Below are positions 40,328-49,523 of a stretch of 64,000 nt of DNA, one piece after another. The position numbers and the translations under genes are program-made. Positions within the stretch are counted from its first letter, which is position 1, and every line of letters begins with the position of its first letter. The notes beneath the pieces were generated by a model. It ran no database searches. It saw only the letters and a program-made list of their open reading frames with translations, and was not told the DNA's origin. Origin of the DNA: an uncultured Leptospiraceae bacterium. Lineage in GTDB: Bacteria > Spirochaetota > UBA4802 > JAGODF01. The stretch spans positions 270,083 to 334,082 of the forward strand of contig CAZVKE010000005.1 of NCBI GenBank assembly GCA_964627815.1, given 5' to 3'.

Positions 40328-41122
40328 ATGATGCGATCTCTCTGGACCGCGGCATCGGGCATGGTCAGCCAGCAATTCAATATAGACACGATATCCAACA
40401 ATCTTTCCAACGTCAACACTACCGGATTTAAAAAGAACAGGGCCGAATTCGAGGACCTGATATACCAGACGGTGCTGATGGCGGGCACGCCGGCGACCGA
40501 AGTATCGGAAGTTCCCACCGGTATCCAGGTAGGGCACGGTGTGCGCACCTCGGCGACACAGAAGATGTTCACCCAGGGAAGCCTGCAATCCACAGAAAAC
40601 CGTCTCGATCTCGCCCTCGAAGGGGAAGGCTTTTTCAAAATACAGCTTTATGACGGGACAATGGCATACACCCGCGACGGATCGTTTAAAATAGACTCTA
40701 ACCGGCAAATCGTTACATCGAACGGCTATCTGCTGGAACCGCCGATCGTGCTGCCCGAGAATTTTGTTGAAAGTTCCCTGAGCATCAGCCAGGACGGGAG
40801 GATCACCGTGCAGGTAGTCGGCGACGATAATCCTGTCGATGTCGGACAGCTCGAGATATACCGATTTGTAAATCCCGCCGGCCTTCAGAACATCGGACAG
40901 AACCTCTACAAGACGACGCCCGCTTCCGGCGAAGAGATACCGGGCCAGCCCGGCCTCAACGGCATGGCGAAAACGCACCAGGGGTTCCTTGAAATGTCGA
41001 ACGTGAAAGTGGTTGAGGAGATGGTCAACATGATCGTAGCGCAGAGGGCCTACGAAATCAACTCCAAGGCGATACAGACGTCCGACTCAATGCTTGGAAC
41101 GGCCATCGGATTGAAACGCTGA
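40328..41122 (+). CDS. flgG: Flagellar basal-body rod protein FlgG
   Basis: MMRSLWTAASGMVSQQFNIDTISNNLSNVNTTGFKK is the canonical rod N-terminus. The C-terminus ...VNMIVAQRAYEINSKAIQTSD is the rod C-terminal motif. RBS GAGGTGA. Confidence 0.85.
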   Translation: MMRSLWTAASGMVSQQFNIDTISNNLSNVNTTGFKKNRAEFEDLIYQTVLMAGTPATEVSEVPTGIQVGHGVRTSATQKMFTQGSLQSTENRLDLALEGEGFFKIQLYDGTMAYTRDGSFKIDSNRQIVTSNGYLLEPPIVLPENFVESSLSISQDGRITVQVVGDDNPVDVGQLEIYRFVNPAGLQNIGQNLYKTTPASGEEIPGQPGLNGMAKTHQGFLEMSNVKVVEEMVNMIVAQRAYEINSKAIQTSDSMLGTAIGLKR

Positions 41123-41667
41123 TGAGAATTGATCCCCGTTCGATCATCACGGCGATAGCGCTGTTCGCGGTCCTCTCCGCGGCCCACGCGGCGGGTGATG
41201 TCACGATTTATCTTCATCCTAACGCAGAGCTCGGGGAGCGCGCAATCAGGGTTGGTGATCTCGGCGGTATCGAAGGGGATGAAGCAAGAACGGAAGGAAT
41301 TTCCGCAATTACCGTCGATCCACGGTTTCTCGAGGATGGCCTTATCGACCGGAGCGAAATCCGCGAGATGCTTAAGGAACGCCGGGAAGATTCGGTGCGC
41401 ATTATCGGCAACGCGGTAAGGATCACGGCAAAACGCGATGGGAAAACGCCTGAACAAAAGGACACTCAGGCGGCAGTCACTGACGGAAGCGTGAAATCAG
41501 GCGATAAAGTCACTATCATGATAAACAGGAAAGGCATCAGCCTTCAGACAGGCGCGACGGCGCTCGAAGACGGAAAAACGGGGGATACTATCCGCATGAG
41601 GCTTAAAAACGCCCGTGAGGTCCGCGGCCGCGTGTCTGGGACCGGCGACGTCGAGGTGTGGATGTGA
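41122..41667 (+). CDS. flgA: Flagellar P-ring assembly chaperone FlgA-like protein
   Basis: Signal peptide and SAF-like domain. Sits between flgG and flgH/flgI with 1-nt overlaps. Confidence 0.6.
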   Translation: MRIDPRSIITAIALFAVLSAAHAAGDVTIYLHPNAELGERAIRVGDLGGIEGDEARTEGISAITVDPRFLEDGLIDRSEIREMLKERREDSVRIIGNAVRITAKRDGKTPEQKDTQAAVTDGSVKSGDKVTIMINRKGISLQTGATALEDGKTGDTIRMRLKNAREVRGRVSGTGDVEVWM

Positions 41668-42311
41668 GGTCTCTCGGGAAAATTACGGCCGCCGCGATCC
41701 TGATACTCGGATTCGGGTGGATAACCGGCCACGCGGAAAATCTCTGGCGCGACAGGAACCTCTATTCGACGGGCCAGAGCCTCAAGGTCGGGGATATACT
41801 TCTCGTCGCAATCAATGATATATCCAAAATGAAATTCACCATGTCGGTCAACAGCGATAATTCTTTCAACTTCACCACCAATCCCGATACCTCGCTGACC
41901 TCTTTTCTGCCGAAAGCGACGGCAAGCAAATCATCGACAAACAAGGGCGGCACGAAAGTGAGCGAACAGGGCGACCTGAAGATTTCCATTCCCGCGACGG
42001 TAACCGCGGAACTCAAGTACGGGAAATTCAAAGTAGAGGGAGCGCGGCAGTATTCCTTCAACGGCGTGGTGAGCCTTTTCAACGTATCCGGAACGGTCGA
42101 CCCGGTGTTCGTGAAGGGGCGGCAGGTTGAATCGCGCGATGTTGCCGACCTTCGTCTGAGCATCACCGGCCTTCGCGAAGGTGCGGGGGTCGATATCAAA
42201 CGCCCTGCGCTTAAAGAGAACGAATCCGCGAGCGCGACGCTCACCGAAGCCGAGAAGCAGAAGATCATCGTGAACTATCTCAACAAAATCATAAACGAGC
42301 TGACCCAGTAA
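41658..42311 (+). CDS. flgH: Flagellar L-ring protein FlgH (GTG start)
   Basis: ENLWRD...LYSTGQSLKVGDILLVAINDIS matches the FlgH N-terminal conserved block. Signal peptide present. Confidence 0.75.
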   Translation: MDVRSLGKITAAAILILGFGWITGHAENLWRDRNLYSTGQSLKVGDILLVAINDISKMKFTMSVNSDNSFNFTTNPDTSLTSFLPKATASKSSTNKGGTKVSEQGDLKISIPATVTAELKYGKFKVEGARQYSFNGVVSLFNVSGTVDPVFVKGRQVESRDVADLRLSITGLREGAGVDIKRPALKENESASATLTEAEKQKIIVNYLNKIINELTQ

Positions 42312-43345
42312 TGAAAAAGACCGCGAAACAACTGACTCTCGCGCTGCTCCTGGTGCTCATCACCGGCGTCACGAGCCGTACCGCGGTCACGGTGAAAGTG
42401 CGCGATCTCGTGTATATCGACGGTTTCAGGGAAAACCAGGTGCTCGGCTTCGGCCTCGTGGTGGGACTTCCCGGGACCGGGGACACAAAATCGGTGCTCA
42501 CCGACTCGTCGCTGAAAAATGTCCTGAAGAACCTCGGACTCAACAGCGACGACGCGATGTCGTCGAAAAACACCGCCGCGGTGCTGCTGACCGCGAAACT
42601 GCCTCCGTTCGCAAGGATCGGGGACAGGGTGGAGATCGTGGTATCCTCCGTCGGCAACGCCAAATCGCTTGAAGGCGGCATTCTCGTGCAATCGCCGCTC
42701 CGCGCCGCCGATGACAAGATATACATCGTGGCTCAGGGGCCTCTCACGATGTCGAAAGCGGGAAAGAACAGCACCGGGGTAAAGACCGTTGCGACGGTGG
42801 TCAACGGCGGTCTCGTAGAGCGCAATATTGAGCCCGACTTCATCACCGAAAACACAGTGAATATCGTGCTCAGGGAATGGGACTTTTCCGTGGCAAATCA
42901 GATCATCACGGCGGTGAAAGACCTGTATCCCCAGTCAAACCCTGAGATCGCCAAGGGCGGGAAGATCAAGCTTGCGATCCCGCGCGATGTGCTTCTCACC
43001 GAATTCATCTCGAAGATTGAGGATATCGACGTAACGCCGCTCTACCGCTCAAGAGTGGTGATTAACGAGCGCGACGGCACGATCGTGACCGGCGGCGACG
43101 TCAAGATTTCGGAAGCGATGGTGAGCCGTGAAGGGCTCGTGATACAGATAAAGTCGAAGGGGGGATCGGAGATCGATTCGGGCGAAAGCAAAAAGGGGAG
43201 CGCGGTTCACATGAAGGACACCGCAACGATCAAGGACCTGGTAGACACGCTCAACTTCGCCGGCGCTTCGACGCGCGACACGATCTCGATACTCAGGGCG
43301 CTCAAGGACTCTGGAGCGTTGCACGCTGAACTGGTAATAAAGTGA
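42311..43345 (+). CDS. flgI: Flagellar P-ring protein FlgI
   Basis: ...GFGLVVGLPGTGDT... is the FlgI signature. Signal peptide. 344 aa. Confidence 0.85.
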   Translation: MKKTAKQLTLALLLVLITGVTSRTAVTVKVRDLVYIDGFRENQVLGFGLVVGLPGTGDTKSVLTDSSLKNVLKNLGLNSDDAMSSKNTAAVLLTAKLPPFARIGDRVEIVVSSVGNAKSLEGGILVQSPLRAADDKIYIVAQGPLTMSKAGKNSTGVKTVATVVNGGLVERNIEPDFITENTVNIVLREWDFSVANQIITAVKDLYPQSNPEIAKGGKIKLAIPRDVLLTEFISKIEDIDVTPLYRSRVVINERDGTIVTGGDVKISEAMVSREGLVIQIKSKGGSEIDSGESKKGSAVHMKDTATIKDLVDTLNFAGASTRDTISILRALKDSGALHAELVIK

Positions 43346-43352
43346 GGTAATC

Positions 43353-43742
43353 ATGGAAAACATACAGACCGTAACCAGCACATTCACCAACCACCGCCAC
43401 AACCGCCAGGTGAACATCATGGAGCGCAACAGCGGTAGTCGCTCGTTCAACCAGGTGCTTCAGGAGAACCTGAACGAGCAGGGCACACCCGCGACGGGAA
43501 CACACCGTCGTCCGATAAACACGGCGCTCATGAACGCGAGCATCGAGATGGAATCGCTCCTGGTGGGAAACATGCTCAAGGCGATGCGCAAGACCGTGCC
43601 GAAAAACGAATGGCTCCACGGCGGACAGGCGGAGGAGATATTCGAGGACATGCTGTACGATGAATACGCGATGTCCCTTTCCCGCAACTCAAATCTCGGT
43701 ATCGCCCGCATGATCTACGATCAGCTTGATACTCGAAGATAA
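43353..43742 (+). CDS. Flagellar rod-binding protein (FlgJ N-terminal-domain-like)
   Basis: ESLLVGNMLKAMRKT matches the rod-binding-domain motif. No muramidase domain. Confidence 0.55.
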   Translation: MENIQTVTSTFTNHRHNRQVNIMERNSGSRSFNQVLQENLNEQGTPATGTHRRPINTALMNASIEMESLLVGNMLKAMRKTVPKNEWLHGGQAEEIFEDMLYDEYAMSLSRNSNLGIARMIYDQLDTRR

Positions 43743-43762
43743 TATCGCTTCGAAATTTATTA

Positions 43763-43791
43763 TTGACAGGTATGCCGGGCGACATTAATTT
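43763..43791 (+). promoter_or_regulatory. Sigma70-like promoter for the tRNA-Pro/tRNA-Arg pair
   Basis: TTGACA (43763..43768), a 17-nt spacer, TAATTT (43786..43791), about 12 nt before tRNA-Pro. Confidence 0.5.
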
Positions 43792-43803
43792 GTCATTCCG
43801 TTT

Positions 43804-43878
<75 letters not shown>

Positions 43879-43882
43879 ATAT

Positions 43883-43956
43883 GCGCCCGTAGCTCAGTTG
43901 GACAGAGCAACGGCCTTCTAAGCCGTGGGTCAGAGGTTCGAATCCTCTCGGGCGTG
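43883..43956 (+). tRNA. tRNA-Arg (anticodon TCT); integration target of the downstream element
   Basis: Acceptor GCGCCCG/CGGGCGT. Anticodon stem ACGGC/GCCGT with loop CT-TCT-AA. T-loop TTCGAAT. Confidence 0.8.
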
Positions 43957-43959
43957 CAT
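43915..43959 (+). repeat. attL core: direct repeat, intact tRNA-Arg 3' half
   Basis: Identical to 54985..55029. Confidence 0.85.
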
Positions 43960-44001
43960 AAAAACCGTGCATTTTTCAAAAGAAGAGCAAACCGATCCGC
44001 C

Positions 44002-44020
44002 GGTAGCACTCGGTAGCAAA
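44002..44020 (+). promoter_or_regulatory. Tandem CGGTAGCA(C/A) motifs; candidate integrase arm-type sites (attL side)
   Basis: cggtagcac-t-cggtagcaa. The same tandem pair recurs at 54861..54880, and a single copy at 54977..54985. Confidence 0.4.
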
Positions 44021-44044
44021 ACGGCGATAAATTGGAGGCTCAGT

Positions 44045-45202
44045 ATGAAAGAATCCTCTGACTTTTACCTCTATAAACGGCACACCAAAGACGGCGAATT
44101 CACCTACCACGCCAAAATTAAAACCCTAAATGGATACAGGTCGTTCTCAACCGGAACAGATGACGAGATGAAGGCGACGCGATGGGCCGCAAAGAAGCAT
44201 GCCGAAATTCAGTTGAACCCCGAGATTCTCCCCATACCAAAAAGATCGAAAACACTTTTCCGGAATTACGCGGCCGATTTCTTTTCCTCCTCCGGCAGAT
44301 GGGCGCAGGATCGACGAGCGACAGGAAGGCGGTTGTCTCAGCGCCAATGTGACGAGAAAGAAAGAATACTGAATACACACGTCATCCCGGCTATGGGGGA
44401 TAAGTCACTCTCCGATATTGATAGACGGTATCTGAAGGATTACAGAAACACTCTTCATGGCAAAGGGTACGCCGGAAGCACAATAAACCATATTTTATCG
44501 TGCATTAAAACTATCCTTGAATATGCAGAGGAGGAAGGATTGATATCCGGCCTCCCGAAGATCGAACGGGCATCAGATCGGGTTGTCAAACCTCGCGGAA
44601 TATTGACCCCGGAAGAAATGCGGGATCTCTTCAATGCGCAATGGGACGACCACCGGGCTTACGTGATGAGTATGCTCGCCGCGGCGTCCGGGTTGCGGAT
44701 GGGTGAATGTCTCGCCTTGCGCCATGCAGACCTGAAAGATGGATATATATGTATTGAAAAAACCTGGGACCACATATCCCGAAAGGTGATCAACTCAACG
44801 AAAACAGGCAGGGCGCGCACAATCATTATCCCCCGGCGTGTGCAATATGAGCTTGAGAGACTTATCACCCTGAATCCGTTCCCAGGCGGAGACGGTGAAA
44901 GATTTATATTTTTCGGAAAAACACTGGACGCACCCCTCGATGGAAAGTCAATCCTCAAGTATTTCAAGAGGGCGCTGCGCTCGATTGGAATAACCGAACC
45001 AATAAGGCAGGAGCGTGTGATTGTATGGCACAGCTTCCGGCACTTTTTCAACAGTTTATTATTAAACGAGAAAATCCCCGTCGCAAAAGTCCAGCAACTC
45101 ACCGGCCATTTATCTGATGAAATGACAGAGAATTACTATCACCTCGACGATCTCCACGATATCCGCGATATACAGGAGCGATTATTCCCCCCGATTGAAT
45201 AA
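44045..45202 (+). CDS. int: Tyrosine site-specific integrase (phage integrase family)
   Basis: Sits immediately 3' of the tRNA. Catalytic residues are LRHADL (Arg), WHSFRHFF (His-x-x-Arg, His) and ENYYHL (Tyr). An N-terminal SAM-like domain is present. The true start MKESSDFY is preceded by GGAGG; the ORF-track start would overlap the tRNA. Confidence 0.85.
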   Translation: MKESSDFYLYKRHTKDGEFTYHAKIKTLNGYRSFSTGTDDEMKATRWAAKKHAEIQLNPEILPIPKRSKTLFRNYAADFFSSSGRWAQDRRATGRRLSQRQCDEKERILNTHVIPAMGDKSLSDIDRRYLKDYRNTLHGKGYAGSTINHILSCIKTILEYAEEEGLISGLPKIERASDRVVKPRGILTPEEMRDLFNAQWDDHRAYVMSMLAAASGLRMGECLALRHADLKDGYICIEKTWDHISRKVINSTKTGRARTIIIPRRVQYELERLITLNPFPGGDGERFIFFGKTLDAPLDGKSILKYFKRALRSIGITEPIRQERVIVWHSFRHFFNSLLLNEKIPVAKVQQLTGHLSDEMTENYYHLDDLHDIRDIQERLFPPIE

Positions 45203-45460
45203 ATTTAAAAAAATCAGGCACCTCGAATTTATGGCCGATTTTTTTCTTGATCTTCATATATAAATAAATATTATATCAATAATCACGCTGATGCTCCTCT
45301 AAATATTTGTAGGCGTGGTTCCTTACTTCATTGTTTCTGCAGTGCGGCGTATTCATCAGGAGTTCCCACATAATTTAAAAAACCCGTTCGTTTTCGTGTT
45401 GCGCCCATATATTGCCGTGCGGTTACGCACGTCGAGAGCGCATAATTTTTTCAGGGGGAG

Positions 45461-45649
45461 GTGTGTCCCGTGGAAAATAGCAATTTAGCCAGGGATGACT
45501 TTTATCGTTTGCTACGGGTTTACGAGACGCCGGTATATCACCAGTTTTCCGAACTATGCCGCGAATCTCACTCGAACGTCACAGCGGAGTTGAACCGCTT
45601 CATGCGACGTTGCGCGAAACAGGGACGCCTGATAGGGAGGGTTGATTGA
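45461..45649 (+). CDS. Hypothetical small protein
   Basis: 62-aa ORF. RBS GGGGAGG. Confidence 0.35.
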   Translation: MCPVENSNLARDDFYRLLRVYETPVYHQFSELCRESHSNVTAELNRFMRRCAKQGRLIGRVD

Positions 45650-45867
45650 TGATAAAGATCGATGATGTTCCTATTTCGGGGAATGTTTTCGAGCCTCTAC
45701 AGGATACAAGATGGTTGTCGCATCGACTCAAGGTGTCCGAAAAACAGGCCCGAAAGCTCGCCGGTGCTGGCGTAGTTCCATCAATTAGAATCGGTAGACA
45801 ATATCGGTTTTTGCCGTCTCGCGTCGAGTCGTGGATAATTGACTCGATGGATACGGGGATCAAATAA
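45646..45867 (+). CDS. xis: Excisionase/AlpA-like HTH DNA-binding protein
   Basis: ...WLSHRLKVSEKQARKLAGAGVVPSIRIGRQYRFLPSRVESWI matches the HTH_17/Xis pattern. Confidence 0.55.
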   Translation: MMIKIDDVPISGNVFEPLQDTRWLSHRLKVSEKQARKLAGAGVVPSIRIGRQYRFLPSRVESWIIDSMDTGIK

Positions 45868-45876
45868 GGGGGGAAT

Positions 45877-46080
45877 ATGAAAAAAAATCCTTTTCTACAC
45901 CTTTCGTCACAAAGATACCGTCAGTCACTTGCACTTCGCGAACGTTTCGCGGATCGTATGAGGCCATCCTCGAAATCAGAGAAGGACGAAAAGCCGAAAG
46001 AAGTCAGCGTCGGCGGAGTGGTTTTCGTGAATTCAATCTCGGAGCTCGTCGGCGGCAAGGGGGCGGAAAATGAGCGATAG
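45877..46080 (+). CDS. Hypothetical small protein
   Basis: ORF with a GGGGGGA RBS. Confidence 0.3.
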   Translation: MKKNPFLHLSSQRYRQSLALRERFADRMRPSSKSEKDEKPKEVSVGGVVFVNSISELVGGKGAENER

Positions 46081-46306
46081 AACCACATGGGATAACATCC
46101 CCGATGAACTGTTGGCGCGCTCGCTCGTCATGATGAAGAAATATACAAATCGCTCTGACGAGGAGCTTCGGAAGTTCAACAGGCTCCATGATATCGTGCA
46201 GGCCGACGATATTGACGAACTGATTAAATTCATGGCGCAGTATGAGCCGGGGGCGGGGAGTGGCACGGTTGGATCGCAAAGAAGAACGAGCCGACGCGGG
46301 CACTGA
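46070..46306 (+). CDS. Hypothetical protein; possibly the N-terminal part of a frameshifted gene continuing in 46242..46472
   Basis: Overlaps the next ORF by 65 nt across a gggggcgggg homopolymer tract. Confidence 0.3.
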   Translation: MSDRTTWDNIPDELLARSLVMMKKYTNRSDEELRKFNRLHDIVQADDIDELIKFMAQYEPGAGSGTVGSQRRTSRRGH

Positions 46307-46472
46307 GATCGACGACGATCTCACAATAAGGGCAATCGCCGAATTGGAGCGGTTGTTCATCGAGTCAAGCCGGGCGCACTTTCAATTCGAAAGACTCCGC
46401 GACGCGATGGCGTCCGACGACCGCGAACTCGTCGCGGTAATTTTATCACAACTGAAGGAGAATCAATCATGA
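46242..46472 (+). CDS. Hypothetical protein (see the preceding feature)
   Basis: ORF only. Confidence 0.25.
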   Translation: MSRGRGVARLDRKEERADAGTEIDDDLTIRAIAELERLFIESSRAHFQFERLRDAMASDDRELVAVILSQLKENQS

Positions 46473-47131
46473 GTCAAGAAATATTATTCGCAACACCGAA
46501 AAATACACCTGATTTAAGGAGCCCCGAGCCGATCACGGGGGAATTAAATGATACAGCGGTCGCCGAAATCCGCCGCCTCGACTCCGAGGAGATGGAACTT
46601 ACACAACGTCGTGCTGATATATATCAGAAAAGAAACGCCATACGATATGCGATGGAGAACAGAAGCGCCGACGGTATTCGCGAAGCCGTGAAGGCCGCGC
46701 GGGAGGGAGATGACATATTCGCAGTACTTAAAAACATCAAATTTGATATGGTACAATCCGCCAACGTGGTTATAAACGTTTCCTCACAGATGCCGGACGC
46801 GCTCAAAAAGCTCGAAGAAATTCAAAATGCATATCCCGGAGAGGTTTCAATTCATGAGCCATTTGCACGAAGGGTTCGGCTTCTACGTGAGGATGCAAAA
46901 AACCACGCGATGAATTGCGCGTCAACCGAGACGCGATTCCGTTCGGCGATCTCGTTGATCATGGAGAAATATCGCACGGAATACGAAGCCGCAAAGAGCA
47001 AGTATGAAGTACTCGAAGAAAGAGCAACCGCCATCGAAAAGGACTTTTTCGATAAATTAAAATCAACCTCTGGCGATATCAAAAAGGCTCTGGCCGCAAT
47101 CGAGCCGGGCGGTGCGAATGGCAAACATTAG
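46469..47131 (+). CDS. Hypothetical island protein (220 aa)
   Basis: The ORF start overlaps the previous stop. No motif recognised. Confidence 0.45.
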   Translation: MSQEILFATPKNTPDLRSPEPITGELNDTAVAEIRRLDSEEMELTQRRADIYQKRNAIRYAMENRSADGIREAVKAAREGDDIFAVLKNIKFDMVQSANVVINVSSQMPDALKKLEEIQNAYPGEVSIHEPFARRVRLLREDAKNHAMNCASTETRFRSAISLIMEKYRTEYEAAKSKYEVLEERATAIEKDFFDKLKSTSGDIKKALAAIEPGGANGKH

Positions 47132-49442
47132 CCTGACAATCAAATCTGATTTCGCGCAAGCCGAGCGGGATTTTAGATCATTGGTCGGAACATCTGAGGA
47201 TCTTCGCGGTAAGATTGAAAAGTTGCAATCCACATTCAAGACGGAACAAATAGATAAGTTCATCGCAAAAAACAAGCTCAATGCCGTCGCCATCCAAGCC
47301 ACTCAGGGGCCGACGGCATCTCTTGCGGCAGAGACTCGTGGGTTACAACGTGAAATTCAACGCCTTATCAACGCCGGTATTTCACCGCAGGACGCGGAGT
47401 TAAAGCGGCTCACCACTACTTACAATTCCTTAATTGCTCAACAGTCCCGAGCGCAAGCAGTCAATCAGTCCGGAACGTCGTCACTCATGAACTATGCGGC
47501 AGCGACTGCGGCGTTCTATGGAGCTATGCGCGCAGGACGCACCGTATGGGACAGCTTCATCGAACCGGCGATGAGGGCGCAGGAAGCCGCGTCGAAATTC
47601 GACACCATATTCGCGTCACAGGCTCCCGGCGTTCGGGCATGGGCTGACACATTGTCGGTATCGATAGGCCGGTCATCTCGCGAGCTTCAGGGCATGGCGG
47701 CTGACATGATGGCGGTACTACAGCCTATGCCGGGAATCGGTGCGGCCGCGACATCGATGTCGGAGAGGCTCGTACAGGTCGCGCAGGATATATCCTCCTT
47801 TCACGACGTAGACGCGAGGGAGGCATTCAACGCCGTACGATCCGGTATACTCGGAGAAACGGAACCGCTTCGCCGGTTTTCTATCGATCTCACCGATGCG
47901 TCAATGAAGGAATACGCTCTCGCGCAAGGCATCAGAAAGCGCGTCGAGGATATGTCCTCCGCCGAAAAAGCGCAGCTCAGATACAATATCATACTTGCGC
48001 GCATGGGTGAGGCAAGCGGTGACGCAGAGCGCACCAGCGGATCATTGACAAATAAAATCCGCGCACTTGAAGCGGCTCTCTCTGATCAATCGGTGGCTCT
48101 CGGAAGCAGGGTTATTCCTGGGATGACGACGCTGGTTTCCGCGATGACCGATGCGACGAGAAACGGCGGCGGATTCAGTGAAATGCTCAAGACGATGGCC
48201 GACGACGTGAATGTTATCATCGAGAGCATCGGGAATCTTGTCACGTTATACAACAGGTTAAACGGATCATCATCTCCCGAGTGGATCAAGAATATTAACG
48301 AGGGCCTGTCTGCAATGATCAACATCCTCGCTCCCGCAAAGGCCCTGTGGGATTATTCGACGGTTGTTCTCAGTGCATTCAATAATGAGATGCGAAGCAA
48401 TGCCCCGTCGGAAATGGAGAACAAGCAGAGGCAATTATTCACGCTCTCGACACAGTTGACGACTGTTTATGGGAGCATGGAGATTGCTCTCAGGAATACC
48501 GGAGACGCTGGCGTTCAGGCTTTCAACCGGATCACAAGGGAGTTGAACATCCTGAAGATCGAAGCCGCCGCCGCCGCTGATCCGACGGGAACGCTTGCGA
48601 GAATTGCAACCGTATTACGTCAGGGGATGACATCGACTGTTGCGGCTGGCGCATCTACGAGACAGCAGTTACTCGAACAGCGCCAAAAATTCGACGAGGA
48701 GTGGTTAAAGAAAGACGCAGAACTCGCCATAGCAGAGGAGGCGAACGGTGAACGCCGCCTCGCGATGCGACTCGATCAGCTCGCGCGCGAATACAAACAA
48801 ACTATCGACCAGGCAATTCGTCTCGGAGCCGACCTGACGGCGATTGATGCGTATTACTCCGGTCAGCGGGTCAAGGTTGAACGGGATGAGACACAGAAGC
48901 GCCAGAGGGAGATTGTCGAGTATTGCCGCACGATGGTTTCCAATATGCACTCCGCTTTCTCCGACCTCCTGACGACAATGCAGAATTTCGGGCATCAGGC
49001 AAAGGCGCTTGTCATCACGGTCAAAGTCCTCGCGATGGCGGAGGCGGCGATCAACTCATATCTGGCGTTTACTCAGGTTCTTCAGGATCACACCATCTGG
49101 CCGACGTGGGCAAGGATACCGATCGCGTCAACCATTCTCGCCGCGGGTCTTGCCAAACAAGCCGCGATTGCCTCAACGCCTATTTCGGCCGAGACAGGTA
49201 TCACGCAGTATACCGTGCCGGAGATCAGGGCGAACCGTAATGATAAAGCCCCGGTCATGGCATCTGCCGGCGAGCGCGTGACGATCGAGCCGAGGGGGGA
49301 GACGGCAGATCGGACAGCAACTTATCAATTCCAAGTAGACTCGTCGACGATATGGCGGGTCGTGCAGAAGGGTCTCGACAGCGGTCATGTTCATGTTCGT
49401 GTAAATCCGCGAAACGTCGGGAGGAGTGCATTTGCATCATAG
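47112..49442 (+). CDS. Large alpha-helical protein resembling phage tail tape-measure proteins
   Basis: Long coiled-coil and Ala-rich protein. ...DAREAFNAVRSGILGETEPLRRFSIDLTDASMKEYALAQG resembles the tape-measure core motif. Hydrophobic segment IPIASTILAAGLAKQAAIA near the C-terminus. No other tail genes are present. Confidence 0.45.
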   Translation: MRMANISLTIKSDFAQAERDFRSLVGTSEDLRGKIEKLQSTFKTEQIDKFIAKNKLNAVAIQATQGPTASLAAETRGLQREIQRLINAGISPQDAELKRLTTTYNSLIAQQSRAQAVNQSGTSSLMNYAAATAAFYGAMRAGRTVWDSFIEPAMRAQEAASKFDTIFASQAPGVRAWADTLSVSIGRSSRELQGMAADMMAVLQPMPGIGAAATSMSERLVQVAQDISSFHDVDAREAFNAVRSGILGETEPLRRFSIDLTDASMKEYALAQGIRKRVEDMSSAEKAQLRYNIILARMGEASGDAERTSGSLTNKIRALEAALSDQSVALGSRVIPGMTTLVSAMTDATRNGGGFSEMLKTMADDVNVIIESIGNLVTLYNRLNGSSSPEWIKNINEGLSAMINILAPAKALWDYSTVVLSAFNNEMRSNAPSEMENKQRQLFTLSTQLTTVYGSMEIALRNTGDAGVQAFNRITRELNILKIEAAAAADPTGTLARIATVLRQGMTSTVAAGASTRQQLLEQRQKFDEEWLKKDAELAIAEEANGERRLAMRLDQLAREYKQTIDQAIRLGADLTAIDAYYSGQRVKVERDETQKRQREIVEYCRTMVSNMHSAFSDLLTTMQNFGHQAKALVITVKVLAMAEAAINSYLAFTQVLQDHTIWPTWARIPIASTILAAGLAKQAAIASTPISAETGITQYTVPEIRANRNDKAPVMASAGERVTIEPRGETADRTATYQFQVDSSTIWRVVQKGLDSGHVHVRVNPRNVGRSAFAS

Positions 49443-49523
49443 CGCACAAACGACGACGCGCCCGGGATTGGGTCCGAGCGCGAAGCGATAGGGAAACAAA
49501 ATTTATCTTGAGAGGTTTAAAAC

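Noticed and set aside
40307-40978. 223-aa minus ORF
   Set aside because: It is antisense to flgG.
43925-45202. Extended integrase ORF starting at 43925 (MGQRFESS...)
   Set aside because: The first 120 nt would overlap tRNA-Arg. The internal ATG at 44045 has a GGAGG RBS and gives a normal integrase N-terminus.
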